DNA of 64,000 nt from the NCBI RefSeq assembly GCF_004010195.1, contig NC_057711.1:81543366-81607365 (forward strand), given 5' to 3'. The stretch is from Chiloscyllium plagiosum. Taxonomy: Eukaryota. The notes beneath the pieces were generated by a model. The model saw only the letters and a list, made by a program, of their open reading frames with translations. It searched no databases and had not been told where the DNA came from. The translations under genes and the position numbers were made by a program. Below are positions 37,654 to 50,400 of this stretch, piece by piece; the stretch's first letter is position 1, and every line of letters starts with the position of its first letter.

Positions 37654-39680
37654 AGAGTCATAGAGATGAACAACATGGAAACAGACACTTCGGTCCAACA
37701 TGTCCATGTCGACCAGATATCCCAATCCAATCTATTCCGACTTGCCAGCACCCGGCCCATATCCCTCCAAACCCTATGAACAACATGGAAACAGACACTT
37801 CGGTCCAACATGTCCATGTCGACCAGATATCCCAATCCAATCTATTCCGACTTGCCAGCACCCTCCAAACCCTTCCTATTCAAATACCCATCCAAATGCC
37901 TTTTAAATGTTGCAATTGGACCAGCCTCCACCACATCCTCTGGCAGCTTGTTCCATACACGTCCCACCCTCCGTGTGAAAAAGTTGCCCCTTAGGTCTCT
38001 TATATATCTTTCCCCGCTCACCCTAAACCTATGCCCTCTAGTTCTTGACTCCCCCACCCCAGGGAAAAGACTTTGTCTATTTATCCTATCCATGCACCCT
38101 CATGATTTTGTAAACCTCTATAAGGTCACCCCTCAGTCTCCGATGCTCCTGAGAAAACATCCCCAACCTGTTTAGCCTCTCCCTACAGCTCAAATCCTCC
38201 AACCCTGGCAACATCCTTGTAGATCTTTTTTGAACCCTTTCAAGTTTCACAACATCTTTCCAATAGGAAGGAGACCAGAATTGCACGCAATATTCCAACA
38301 GTGGTCTAACCAATGTCCTGTATAGACGCAACATGACATCCCAACCCCTGTACTCAATCCTCTGACCAATAAAGGAAAGTATACCAAACACCTTAGTCAC
38401 TATCTTATCTACCTGCGACTCCACTTTCAAGGATCTATGAACATGCACTCCAAGGTCTATTTGTTCAGCAACACTCCTTAGGGCCTGACCATTAAGTGTA
38501 TAAGTCCTGCTAAGATTTGCTTTCCCAAATTGGTGATCCTCGCACTTATCTGAATTAAACTCCATCTGCCACTTCTCAGACCATTGGCCCATCTGATCCA
38601 GATCCTGTTGTAATCTGAGGTAACCTTCTTCGCTGTCCACTACACCTCCAATTTGCAAACTCACCTCATCTGCTAACTATAGTTCTTATGCTCACATTCA
38701 AATCATTTATATACATGATGAAAAGTAATGGATCCAGCACCGATCCTTGTGGCACTCCACTGGTCACAGACCTCTAGTCTGAAACACAACCCTCCACCAC
38801 TACCCTCTGTCTTCTACCTTGGAGCCAGTTCTGTATCCAAATGGCTAGTTCTCCCTGTATTCCATGAGATCTAACCTTGCTAACCAGTCTCCCATAGGGA
38901 ACCTTATTGAATGCCTTACTGAAGTCCATGTAGATCACATCTACCACTCTGCCCTCATCAATCCTCTTTTTTACCTCTTCAAAAAACTCAATCAATTTTG
39001 TGAGACATGATTTCCCATGCACAAAGCCATGTTGACTATCCCTAATCAGTCCTTGCCTTTCCAAATACATGTATAGCCTGTCCCTCAGGAATCCCTCTGA
39101 CAACTTGCCCACCACTGATGTCAGACTCATTGGTTTATAGTTCCCTGGCTTGTCCTTATCACCCTTCTTGAACAGTGGCACCAAGTTAGCCAACCTCCAG
39201 TCTTCCGGCACCTCACCTGTACAAATATCTCATTAAGAGGCCCAGCAATCACTTTCCTAGCTTCCCACAGAGCCCTAGGCTACACCTGATCAGATCCTGG
39301 GGATTTATCTACTTTCATGTGTTTCAAGACATCCAGCACTTCCTCGTCTGTAATATGGACATTTTGCAAGATATCACCATCTATTTCCCTACATTCTATA
39401 TCTTCCATGTCCTTTTCCACAGTAAATACTGATGCAAAATACTCATTTAGTATTTCCCCCATTTTCTGTGGCTCCACACAAAGGCCGCCTTGCTGATCTT
39501 TGAGGGGCCCTATTCTGTCCCTAGTTACCCTTTTGTCCTTAATATATTTGTAAAAACCCTTTGGATTCTCCTTAATTCTACTTGCCAAAGCTATCTCATG
39601 TTCCATTTTTGCCCTTCTGATTTCCCTCTTAAGTATACTCCTACTGCCTTTATACTCTGAGGATTCACTCAATCTATCCT
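37654..39680 (-). mobile_element. Relatively young 5'-truncated CR1 LINE (RT)
   Basis: Long ORF pieces PEDWRLANLVPLFKKG...SQHGFVHGKSCLT...YMDFSKAF and WQMEFNSDKC...LVRPLLEYCVQFWSP; 110-bp-period duplication in the 3' tail. Confidence 0.97.
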
Positions 39681-40351
39681 GGGGTAAGACACAAAATGAC
39701 AAGGCAAGGCAGGGATGCTCTGAGCATCTGCGTAGCACTATGAGGAGGTGAACTTCCTGGAGAGGTTCTATAGGCAGGCTACTCTAACCCAGGAGTTGGA
39801 TAAGTGTTCCTGCTTGCAAAATGTCCTTGCTACAGCATTACAATAATAATTGCTGGCAGGGCTTTTGGTGTAGCATTGAAGTACAGAAGTGTACTGTGCT
39901 TGGATTGGAGATGTGCCATGAGGGTTCTTCGAGGTTGGCACATATTAGACACGAGTATCTGTGGAAGTGGGATGGTGTGGCCAATTCCCATGGGGATGAG
40001 ATGCTGTTGTCTGATGAACAACGTAGAAGCTCTTTGCAGCCAACAGCGATCTTAGTCACCAAGATCCTGCCCTCACCTCCACATTGAGAATTCTCACTGT
40101 GTGATTTGCTAATGGTGGGTACTATAATGGAAAGCTGCACATTAGTGAGGTGAGATCTGCAGCTGATAAGGTCATTAACAAGCAATAATCCTCCTTTGTA
40201 GACAACTCACAGCTGCTTAACGAGAATTTCATCTTGAAGCCTTGACCTTAACTAATAGATTGTGCAGGTTGTTCCTGACATCCAGCTAGGTCTTGCTGAG
40301 TTATTGTCACCAGACTGAAGTGTTTTGAAAGTTATTAGACCATGTTTATAC

Positions 40352-40430
40352 AAAATATTCTCATATAACTTTGCATATTCCTGACAAGTGCAATCTTAAA
40401 GTGAGCAGCTTTAAGCAAATCAGATTATTC
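40352..40430 (-). pseudogene. Candidate 79-nt exon E*SDLLKAAHFKIALVRNMQSYMRIF
   Basis: Acceptor ggttttatag; weak donor; phase 0 start fits ...LERWK| from the previous block. Confidence 0.35.
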
Positions 40431-41382
40431 CTATAAAACCAATGTAAAGCTATATTTGTATTCTGTAGGCCCTTTCTCATGAGAAAACAAAACATTAAAA
40501 CATTGTACAATGTAAGTTGAAATATTTTACATTGTTAAGTTCCTATATTGGTAAATTAAATAACTTTTAACACAAAATAAATTTTGAAAATATAAATCAA
40601 GTACAGTATAAATCAACTTTTCACTTACTTCTGGCTTCTTGCTGATGCTATTTCCCAAGCCTCCCTTGCCATAAATTCAATTTGCTGACTCTCCTTCTCA
40701 TTAGGACCATCTCACCCACTCCCAAATCACACTCCCATTTGGGATCTTCTGGGCTCATGTCCTCTTCCACACCCAAACCCACCCTTTTATAGTTCCCCAT
40801 CTAAGCCCAAAGTTTCTCCTCCTCCTTATCTCTTCTACTCGCTAACCTCTCCTCCGACTGAACCTCCCGCTCAGTGATTCTCTTTCTTAAACTATCATTT
40901 GAAAGAAGATTGTGTTGATGCACAACAAGGGCCAGGACCAGCGGCTAAGTCATGAACTGGAAAGTTGGCAGTGAGAGGGTAGGTAAGGAAATGGCAGAGA
41001 CCATGAGCCAAAGAATTCGCAGCAAGAGGGTAGGCTCGGGGGCAGCAAAGTTTGGTGAGCTAAAGAGTTGGCAGCAGAAACATGGGGTAGAGAGCTGGAC
41101 AGATCACAAGCTGGAGGGTTAGCCATCAGAAGGTGTGTCAGGGAGTGAGAAAGGCTGCTCTAAAATGGTGCTGACTGCTTCATGTGACCCTATGACAGAT
41201 CGGAACAAAATGATTTTAAAACTTGTGATAGACACTAAATGAAGACACAGGTCCCATTAAATGATGAGTGCTAAAATAAAACAATGTAAAATGGAGCAAA
41301 CTAAAATGGGGTTTTACTTTATATTGTCAAATGTTCCATTGCAGTGATTATCTTCAAATAATAAACGTTTATTTACTTAAAC

Positions 41383-41993
41383 CTTCCACCGCTCCAAGAA
41401 AACTCCCCTTTGAATTAGTCCCAGGATGCAGAAATCTTGCCCCAAGAACAATTGACCACTCACAGACCAATGGCTCTGCAGTATCACCATGAGCAGGGGA
41501 CAGTGCAGTTTTTGCAGTGGAGTGCAACCAGAGGAACAGCCGCCTCAGGCGACTGACTGTGTGGAGTTTGCACGTTCTCCCCCTGTCTGCGTGGGTTTCC
41601 TCCGGGTGCTCCGGTTTCCTCCCACAGTCCAAAGATGTGCAGGTCAGGTGAATTGGCCATGCTAAATTGCCCGTAGTGTTAGGTAAGGGGTAAATGTAGG
41701 GGTATGGGTGGGTTACGCTTCGGCGGGTCGGTGTGGACTTGTTGGGCCGAAGGGCCTGTTTCCACACTGTAATGTAATCTAATCTAATCTAAACAGCAAT
41801 AGATCCTCAGGACATACAACTGGAACAGTATGGTGCTCCAAGGAAGGGACATCAAACAGTCTGTGGATCAACAGCAAGGGTTGAGGAAGATAGTTACTTC
41901 CTGCAGCTCCCCCTTTTCCAATGCTGGGTTTCTCAATTGGGTACAGAATGCCTTTGAATCATCACCACTTCTCTGTTTTTTAGAAGGCTACAG
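41383..41993 (-). pseudogene. Candidate long exon split by a SINE (FKGILYPIEKP...LFDVPSLEHHTVPVVCPEDL...IVLGARFLHPGTNSKG)
   Basis: Removing the SINE and one TSD copy restores an uninterrupted frame of about 110 codons. Confidence 0.65.
41541..41791 (+). mobile_element. Young 5'-truncated HE1-type V-SINE with 6-bp TSD
   Basis: CpG-rich V-domain, (TAATC)n tail, AACAGC at 41535-41540 and 41792-41797. Confidence 0.95.
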
Positions 41994-42136
41994 CTGAATA
42001 TCACAGGGTTCATTCTCAGAAGGAAAAACAATCAAACTTGTATTTGACACATACTAGTCCAACACATCTCATACACATCAAATTAGAGCTCCAATAAGAC
42101 CATTACATTCATTTCCAAATATTATTGTTTCCTTAC

Positions 42137-42591
42137 AGATATTTTTCCCTAATGACAAGACCACGGTTTCTGACCTCATTTTTGAGGGGATTAAATTCAG
42201 TTTGTAAAGTTGGCAGCACCGCTCGAACCTACTCAACAATTGGCTCCCAAATGCAGAATAGATTCTTCATACTTCACCACACCTTTGAGCTGGTGCAAAC
42301 CATGCCACCTTCAAAAACTGGTCGACGCCATGAGAACCATAGGGGGATTGAAATGCTCTTTCACACAATGGAGTCGTCAACATCAGGACTGCTACATGAA
42401 GGCTTACAGATCCTTCAAAGTTTCCTGCAGTGAAAGTGGGAGGAGAATCTTAACATTGGACTCCATCTGCTAATTCTATAGCTTGCCCAACATTTGTTGG
42501 CCCCAATTGGTAAGGAAAGGAAATTATAGCCCCAAAGTACATTTCTAATATATGGAAGAATGTGATTACATATTCCGAACCTCCTATATAT
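42137..42591 (-). pseudogene. Candidate 455-nt exon
   Basis: Acceptor attctattctacag, donor CT|gtaagg; best frame has 151 codons with only 2 stops; across frames the 3' part reads KYEESIL...GAANFTN...MRSETVVLSL. Confidence 0.6.
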
Positions 42592-43031
42592 CTGTAGAAT
42601 AGAATGCTATTTAAATGGAAATTTGGACATAATATTATATGCTGAACCCAAGCAATCTGCATTTAAATAATGCTGCTGATTAATATTGTAGTCTCTATTT
42701 GACAAACATTTTGAAGAAATCTTTCATTTCCAATCTGTGTATCTTCATGTAACATTGCACCAGGGAAGTGGTTCTATCTGGCATCGGGGAATGTGCAAGT
42801 GGAACCTGTCTAATTCAACAATAGACAGCAACACAAACCATCCAGTGTAAACAATTTTCAACTGACAACATAAAATTCACACTAGCAGAGCAGACTGCTT
42901 CAGAGATAATAAATCTACCAAATGAAAACTATTTCATACATCCTCACCTGCCCTCCAATAGTTCAGTCATTTCACTCAGCAAGTATTATTAAAGGAAAGG
43001 TTTACCCTCTTCACAATTTTACAAACCTCAC

Positions 43032-43106
43032 CTCTTAGTGCCAGGGAAGGAAACTTGCTAATAGTCCTTTTAACTAAGATTTATTCCATTGTAAAGAACT
43101 TGAGGA
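43032..43106 (-). pseudogene. Candidate 75-nt exon PQVLYNGINLS*KDY*QVSFPGTKR
   Basis: Acceptor catctgttcag, donor AG|gtgagg; phase 2-2 joins to 42591. Confidence 0.5.
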
Positions 43107-43769
43107 CTGAACAGATGTATAAACAATGAATGCAGCAATAAAATGAATATTATACCACTCACACTATGATATGGTTATATAAAAAAAGATTTTTCATAGT
43201 CTTGTGAATTTTTTGGCGCTGTCATAGTCATGCAAATGCATTTATTAGAAAACAATTACATAACCATAACTAATTAAATGTTATCTGTAGGTTTCACAAG
43301 TCTTAGCTTTGCAAAGGGTTCATTTAGTTCATGTTTGAGACTTCTATTCTTTATTTTGTGACTGAGTTGACAACTTAACCTTATATTTTTTAAAAATTAT
43401 TAAGTGATAGGCCACAGCTCATTAGTTTAGGACAGCACGAAAGTTGAAAGGAAAAAGTGGGAGAGAGCATAAGGTTGAATAATAAATCATAACATGCAAA
43501 ACTGACAATCAAGAATAGAACAGATGGCCCACCACATGGCGGCAGAACCATCACAATAAAATAACTCTCCCGACCTCTGACCTCCAACGCTCATCCCACT
43601 AGGACCTGCAACACCTCAGCCCACTGAGCCTGCAGCTCGGCTATGTAATCCCCCAACCGAGGGAAACAGACAATGATAAAAAAGGAAAAAAAAAAGTATC
43701 AGTACAATTGCCTTCCAACTCCCTCAGTTGATTAAAAATCAATTCACATGGACCAGGTTTTATCTAAGT

Positions 43770-44430
43770 TTTATTCATTCGTGGGATATGATCACCACAA
43801 GTTGGCAAGACTAACATTTGCTGCCTAACTGTTTTAACTTTGAGAAGATAGTGGTGCACTACCTTCTTTGACCACTATGGTCCATCTGGTGAGGGCACAC
43901 CTACAATGCTATTAAGGACAGAGTTCCAGGATTTTGACCCCGGAACAATAAAGGAACTTCATAATAGTTCTAAGTCATTATGGTTTGTTGCTTGGCATGG
44001 AACTCGCAGGCGGTGGTGCTCCCATGTATCTGTTTCCCTTGTTTTTCTCGGTGGTATAGGTAATGGGTTTAGAAGGTGCTGTCAAGGGAACTCTGACAAG
44101 CTGCTACAGAACATCTTGTAGATGGCACACAGGCTGCCAGTGAGTCAGTGGTGGAGGGAATAAATAGTAATGCAATGTTAAGCTCCAATCAGAAAAGCTG
44201 TTTTGTCCTGGATTGTGTCTAGCTTCTTCAGTTTTATTTTAGCTGGACTCTTCCAGGCAAATGTGGAGAATTCCACCACACTCTTGACTTTTGCCTTGTA
44301 GATGATGGAAATACTTAGAAGGAAAGTTGCTCATTGAAGATTTGCAGCCCCTGACCTGCTCTTGTAGACACATTAATTATAAGTCTGGTATAGTTAAATT
44401 TTTGGTCATTTGTAACCTCCAGGATATTGA
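43770..44430 (-). mobile_element. Decayed LINE 3' fragment sharing its tail with the 46853-type SINE
   Basis: The ttattcattc...gcc end is the same as in that SINE family; decayed coding remnant upstream. Confidence 0.55.
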
Positions 44431-44562
44431 TAGATTAATAATGCATTCCCTTCATAATATCATTAATTATTGATGTCAAGCACCTTTCCAACTGTATGGC
44501 TTGGCTCAGTGAGCACATATTAACACAAATCTTAATCTGGTTCTCACTCTTCAGTTTCTTAC

Positions 44563-44690
44563 TGACTTGTTTGGGCGACACCCAATGAGTAGGCTCATCC
44601 ACAACTTTCCTCGGAGTGCTGAAGTCAAGCAGACTTTAATAATCCTTCCCAGCCTGACATGAAGTGGTCTTTGTCATCATTGATGTGTGA
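44563..44690 (-). pseudogene. Candidate 128-nt exon (frame ambiguous)
   Basis: Acceptor ttcttgtctccag, donor CA|gtaaga; 1-2 stops in each frame. Confidence 0.5.
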
Positions 44691-45028
44691 CTGGAGACAA
44701 GAACATGGAACAGTTCTAGTTTGCTGAAAGCCATTGAACGGTCAGCATTCAATTTGAAAGTGTTGTTGGTTTGCATAGTAATCAGGTTATAACTTTAGTC
44801 ACGTGCAGATTTGTTGCTGTGTGTAAACTGATAAGTATATGACATTCTCTATATATCTACACTCAACATTCTCTCGTGGTTTTACTGTGATACATGCACA
44901 TTGCACCTTTTTGTTGGATTAGTGTTAGTAGTTGATTTTACTGATGATTAAAGAAAATAGTTTATGATTTGTAACAAAGATATAGACAGAATTAAAATTG
45001 TGCATTGATAATGACCTTTTTCATTAAC

Positions 45029-45138
45029 CTTTCCATAGATGGTGGTACAAATGAGTACGGTATCTTCAAGTGAACAGAATTGACATTGCACTTTTTGAAA
45101 TACTGCACATGACATTACCACTTCCTTGAATAACAAAT
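45029..45138 (-). pseudogene. Candidate 110-nt exon FVIQGSGNVMCSISKSAMSILFT*RYRTHLYHHLWK
   Basis: Acceptor aattttaag (alternative at 45169), donor AAG|gttaat; phase 2 start matches the 48774 donor. Confidence 0.5.
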
Positions 45139-46852
45139 CTTAAAATTTCAGAGTTAAACTCAATAAACTCTGAAAAAATGATTTCTACACTGCAGTTCTA
45201 GTTAAATGTCCCTGCCACGTACATTTTGGAGATGAGAATATTAAGTCTTTTCTTTGTATTAACAAGCAGTAGTACCCTCAGCATGCAGATAGAAATTCTA
45301 ACAGTGAGGCGATGCTCAGGGTGTGGCTAATAAAGGGCATCAATTCATTTGGAATTAAAGTTTTTGAAAAATGATTTACTTAAAATATCTTATTTTGTTT
45401 GTTTCCAAAGTTGTTTCATTGATTAAATCTGATCACCTTCATCAATAAATATTTAGAGTAGAATCCTTTGATTTTTTTGGCTAAGAGCAAGCTGGGCCAA
45501 GTCTTTTGGAGTGTTTTTTTAACCATGAGGCCAAATGAGTTTTCTATCTTAACAAACCTGCCTCACTAATTTTGTACCATGACTCGCTTCCAATTTCTGC
45601 TCTATCTTACCATGTACACACCCACAACACCTCGCCACTCAGCAGATATCCAGTGAAACACCAGCATCCCTTCTGCCCATGCCATCTTCAAAAATTACCC
45701 AGACAAGCATTGACAGTCTGGAGTTGGTCCTCACCAGTGATATCATGACCCAGGACTATATTTGCCCCAGACCTCTGACCAACTTCAGCAAACAGCCCCT
45801 GAACATGATCAACCATACCCCTGACTTCTGTGTTTTCAGTTCCCCAACTGAGACATGATTTCTCCTGACAGCTGGTGCTTGCCCAATCAGGCCGACTGCT
45901 GAACTGGCCACTTAGGAAAACCTAAAACATGGAGTGGCAGAGGCTCAAGTCCCACCTGCTCCAAATGTGTGTCATAACATGTCTGAACAAGTTGATTAGA
46001 AATGTCTAAAAGATGGAGCAATGTAAGATTGTCCTTACTGCACTTGTCACCTGATTCTGCCACAAATCTCATTCTAACTCCTATTGCACAGACCCCAATA
46101 AAATTCTGCCCCACATTTTAGTTTTGATTTGAAAAGGCATAAATTTAAGTTTCGCTGATTTCACCCAATGTTTAGACCTGCATTCAGGAAAATTACATCT
46201 TAAAAATCAATAGATATAAGAATCATTTGATGCCATAACTCTTAGAGTCAAAATCCAAAAACCTATTTTACAAATGGAGGCTTCTGCGTACAAATTGTGA
46301 GAGATTAACAATTTCCATCACATGCCTCGGGTAGATGAGGCTTAATGCTACCTGTTGACATTTTTAAACCTGGCCATACATGCCATGGTATTGGGAGGTG
46401 ATACCATCTCAAATAAGTTTATAAAATACTGTGTAATTAGGTGAATAGACATTGCCTGTGACAACTTAGGAGCTGAAATTCTAACAGTATCTACTGTTTG
46501 AAAGAATTACCAAATTAGTCAGTCCACTCTCTAACATTTCCATATAATTGAAGCTTTTAAACCCTGGGAGCATTTTGGTAAATCTCCTTTGCAACATCTT
46601 TAAGGCCTAAACATCTTTCTGAACATGTGGTGCTCAGAAGTGTCCGGAGTACATCTGCTGGGATACAGCCCAGCTTTATGAAGATTTAACTTGAGTTCCT
46701 TTTATTTATATTCTCTTGCTCCATTTATAAAAGCAAAGATCCCACAGCCTATGGTAATAGCTTCCCAGCCTCACAAGACATCTTCAAAGACTCATTTGCA
46801 TAAACACCCAGGTTTCTCTGTTCCTGCACCCATTTAAATTGGACCATTTAGT

Positions 46853-47193
46853 TTATTCAGAGGATGAGGGTAGAGCCGTCTAGGCAAGCATTTATTGCCC
46901 ATCCCTAATTGCCCAGAGGGCAGTTCAGAGTCAACCACATTGCTGTAGGTCTGGAGTCACATGTAGACCAGACCAGGTAAGGATGGCAGTTTCCTTCCCT
47001 AAAGGACATTAGTGAACCAGATGGGTTTTTACAACAATCAATTCATGGTCATCATTAGACTCTTAATTCCAGATATTTTATTGAACTCAAATTCCACCAT
47101 CTGCTGTGGCAGGATTCAAACCCAGGTCCCAGAACATCACTTGGTTATCTGATTAACAATCCTGCAATAATACCACTAGGCCATCGCCTCCCC
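46853..47193 (-). mobile_element. Near full-length tRNA-derived SINE
   Basis: Reverse-strand head ggcgatggcctagtggta...gggtttgaatcc with A/B-box-like motifs, and a LINE-like tail. Confidence 0.85.
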
Positions 47194-48039
47194 TCAGGTT
47201 AACAGTGCCTTTTCTCATTATTCATTCCAAATAACACTCTACAGTGTAAAATTTCACGTGCCCATTCAGTTCCTGCTGAAGTCAGTTAAGATCCATCTCA
47301 CTTCTTAATACATAGAGTCATAAAGTCATAGAGCTGTACAGCATAGAAACAGACCCTTCAGTCTAACTCGTCCATCCCAACCAATCATCCTAAATTAATC
47401 TAGTCCCATTTGTCAGCATTTGTCCCATCTCCCTCCATATCCTTCCTATTATGCTGAGCTTCATGTCAAATGCAAAACTCTCCCATATACATTCAGGCCA
47501 TTCATCAAAGAAAAAATACAGTATTCCCAACACCACCATTTTCGACACATCACTCCACATTTCCTTCCTATCTGAAGAGCAACAGTTCATCCCTTTCTAT
47601 CTCAAGACATTTCAACTGCCCCTTAATCAACTGAGCTTCAATTTTATGAGCAAATCGATTATGTAGTTCTGTAACAACCAAGTTCTTAAAGCCCATACAC
47701 AACAACGATATTACCTTCATATAATCTTCAAAAGGATGACTGAAAGATTGTGGTTTAAGCATCTGCAATTGCTATTCTTTGAACTCATTACTCGTCACTC
47801 ACTGGTGGTAGCACATTTCAATAGGAATTGAATGAAATAAACATGCAGGATTTTTGGGATACGACAAGAGAATTAGACAAATTAGTTTACTCTACAGAGA
47901 GCAGGTGATAGCTCAGTGGGCTGAATAGCTCATTCTGTACTGGAAATGACCATTCATGTATCCTTATTAGGGGTTTGAGTGACATTAGCTATGGTGAGAT
48001 TTGAGGCAGAATCGTGAAAGAAGAATGACAAGGAATAAC

Positions 48040-48610
48040 ATGGAGTCAGGATCATACAGTACAGAAAAGCCTCTTCAGTCCATTGAGGCTGCACTGACAA
48101 AAAAACTATTCTAAATCTACACTAGGCCCAGTTTCCAGCTGTTGGCCCATAGCTGTGAAGGTTATGACATTTCAAGTGCTTATCCAAATTCTTTTTAAAG
48201 CTAATGAGGTTTCGTACCTTAACTACCCTCCCAGGCAGTAAATTCCAGATCCTCACCACCCTCCGGGTGAATAAACTTTGCCTCAAATGCCCTCTAAACC
48301 TCCTACCTTTCACCTTAAAATTATGCCCCCATCCTATTGACCCCCAATTAAGGGGGATAGCTGCTTTCTAACCACCCTGCCCACGCTCTTCCAAATCTCA
48401 TACACCTCAATCAGGTACTCTCTCAGCCTTCTCTACTCTAAAGAAAACAGCATGAGGTTATCCAGCCTCTCTTCATAATTAAAATGCTCCAACACAAGCA
48501 ACATCCTGGTGAACCTCCTCTGAACTCTCTTCAATGCAATCACATCCTTACTATAATGTGGTGACCAGCACTACCCACAGTACTCAAACTATAGCCTCAC
48601 CAAAGTTTTC
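48040..48610 (-). mobile_element. CR1 3' fragment
   Basis: KGRRFRGHLRQSLFTRRVVRIWNLLP. Confidence 0.9.
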
Positions 48611-48773
48611 TCAACATCAGGAGCAACGCATACAACTTACATTTTGCATAACTTATGCACAACTTGCATAACTTTTACACTTATCACAAATGGCATGACA
48701 GGTATCTCACTCAGCAACAACGAATTGCCAATTAAGAGGGACTGAAAACAAATACATTTGCAAAGTTCCTTAC

Positions 48774-48894
48774 CTTATCACAATAAAGCGTTCCAGCCGA
48801 CATAAACTGCCATTATTTATCAACACAAAGATGATGCTAGCATCACAAATTCTCTCATTTGGGAAATGATGTGAGTTTTTTTTTCTCTTTAAAT
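48774..48894 (-). pseudogene. Candidate 121-nt exon LKRKKNSHHFPNERICDASIIFVLINNGSLCRLERFIVIR
   Basis: Acceptor tttttatgattag, consensus donor AG|gtaagg, fully open frame. Confidence 0.6.
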
Positions 48895-50016
48895 CTAATC
48901 ATAAAAATCATTAGTGAACTGGAACCATTCGCTCAAGAAAGATAAGCCTCTAAACAAACTTTAATAATAAAAAACAAATTAACTTCACAGAAATGTCATA
49001 TTTACACGTCCAAACATGTAGACAGTTGTGGAGAAGCAGAAAATGCAAACATTTCTCAGCCTGCCACGAGACATTCAAATGATTGTAAGTGATTGTTTAC
49101 TGCATGCTCAATGAGCAAGAATGCATTTTCACATGATTCATTGCTGCCTCCTCTCAAGCTTGACCATCATTCCATCACTTCAGTTTCACACTGCCATCTA
49201 GTCACACTACATCAGTTGCTGTCCCCTCACCACATGGGCATCTCGACATGTTCTGCATGCCATTAATGAACAATGCACCGTACATTATTAGATTGATGCA
49301 CTGTTGATTTAATTTCGCCTTCTGTACAGTTCAATCTGTTAAAAGCATTAACCCTGTTCAAAACAACCTTCGCGCTTGATTAAAACATCTGAGAATGCAA
49401 TTCACGATATGTGATAAATTTGTTTCCATGCCTCATTAGGGCTACATCAGAGTGAAACAGATGGGCCAGCATGTCTAATTTTCTTCAGTGGCGGTAGATG
49501 ACAGAAGATCATTTTGATGTGATGAAAGGACAAAGACATAGTATTCAGGCTTTAAATATCCTGGCTCGTCCTAACTTCATCACTTTCATTACCTCAATGT
49601 TTCCTACAATCATGTTTAATATACTATAAATATCAGTATCCATCTTTCCAAACTACCCCTTTCCTCAAATTCCTAGGGTGTATATGATGGAAAAAATTGT
49701 TCCTCTTACTAAATATTCTATTAAAATAAGCATTACTGAACACATGGAGAATGAATTGTTACCTCAGCAGATGTTCCTCTAAAATGTGCAATGTGTGTTA
49801 TAGCTTCACCCAGAACCCATGTGGCAGATTGATGAAGGATCATCACTGCTTCGTTAGGGACTTTTCAAGCAGGGCATATCTCCTGCAAAAGATTTACATT
49901 CACGATGAAATTTCAACTTGAGCTCCACCATAGTTTATGAAAGAGGGGCTGAAAGCAAAGGAGGATCAGATTGTACTGCCTCAGACAATACACATTATTT
50001 TTGAATGTCGTTTAAC

Positions 50017-50400
50017 AGGGGTGACCTTATAGACGTTTATAAAATCATGTAGAGCATGGATAGGATAAACAGACAGGGTATTTTCCATGGGGTGGGGGAA
50101 TCCAGAACTGGAAGGCGTAGGTTTAGGGTGAGAGGAGAAAGATTTAAAACGGACCTAAGGGGCAACTTTTTCATGCAGAGGGTGGTGCGTGTATGGAATG
50201 GGCTGTCAGAGGAAATGATAGAGGCTGGTACAATTGCAGCATTTAAAAGGCATCTGGATGGATAGATGAATAGGAAGGGTTTAGAGGGATTATGGGCCAA
50301 GTGCTGGCAAATGGGACTATTTTAGGTTACAATATCTAGTCTGCATGGATGAGTTGCACCGAAGGATCTGGTTCTGTGTTGTACATCTCTATGACTCTAC
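50017..50400 (+). mobile_element. CR1 3' fragment
   Basis: RFRVRGERFKTDLRGNFFMQRVVRVWN followed by a tail. Confidence 0.92.

Noticed and set aside
37654..39738. Active or intact CR1 LINE
   Set aside because: 5'-truncated, with stops and frameshifts between the ORF pieces.
39700..40250. Cluster of short overlapping ORFs as a gene
   Set aside because: Similar sequence recurs near 58030-58140, pointing to an old dispersed repeat; no convincing protein motif.
42137..42424. 288-nt sub-exon with a single in-frame TGA, read as selenocysteine
   Set aside because: Neighbouring blocks contain TAA/TAG stops, frameshifts and a SINE, so decay explains it better; no SECIS element was recognised.
42125..42473. 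Plus-strand 102-aa and 87-aa ORFs as genes
   Set aside because: No recognisable product and no plus-strand exon chain; more likely antisense shadows of the minus-strand block.
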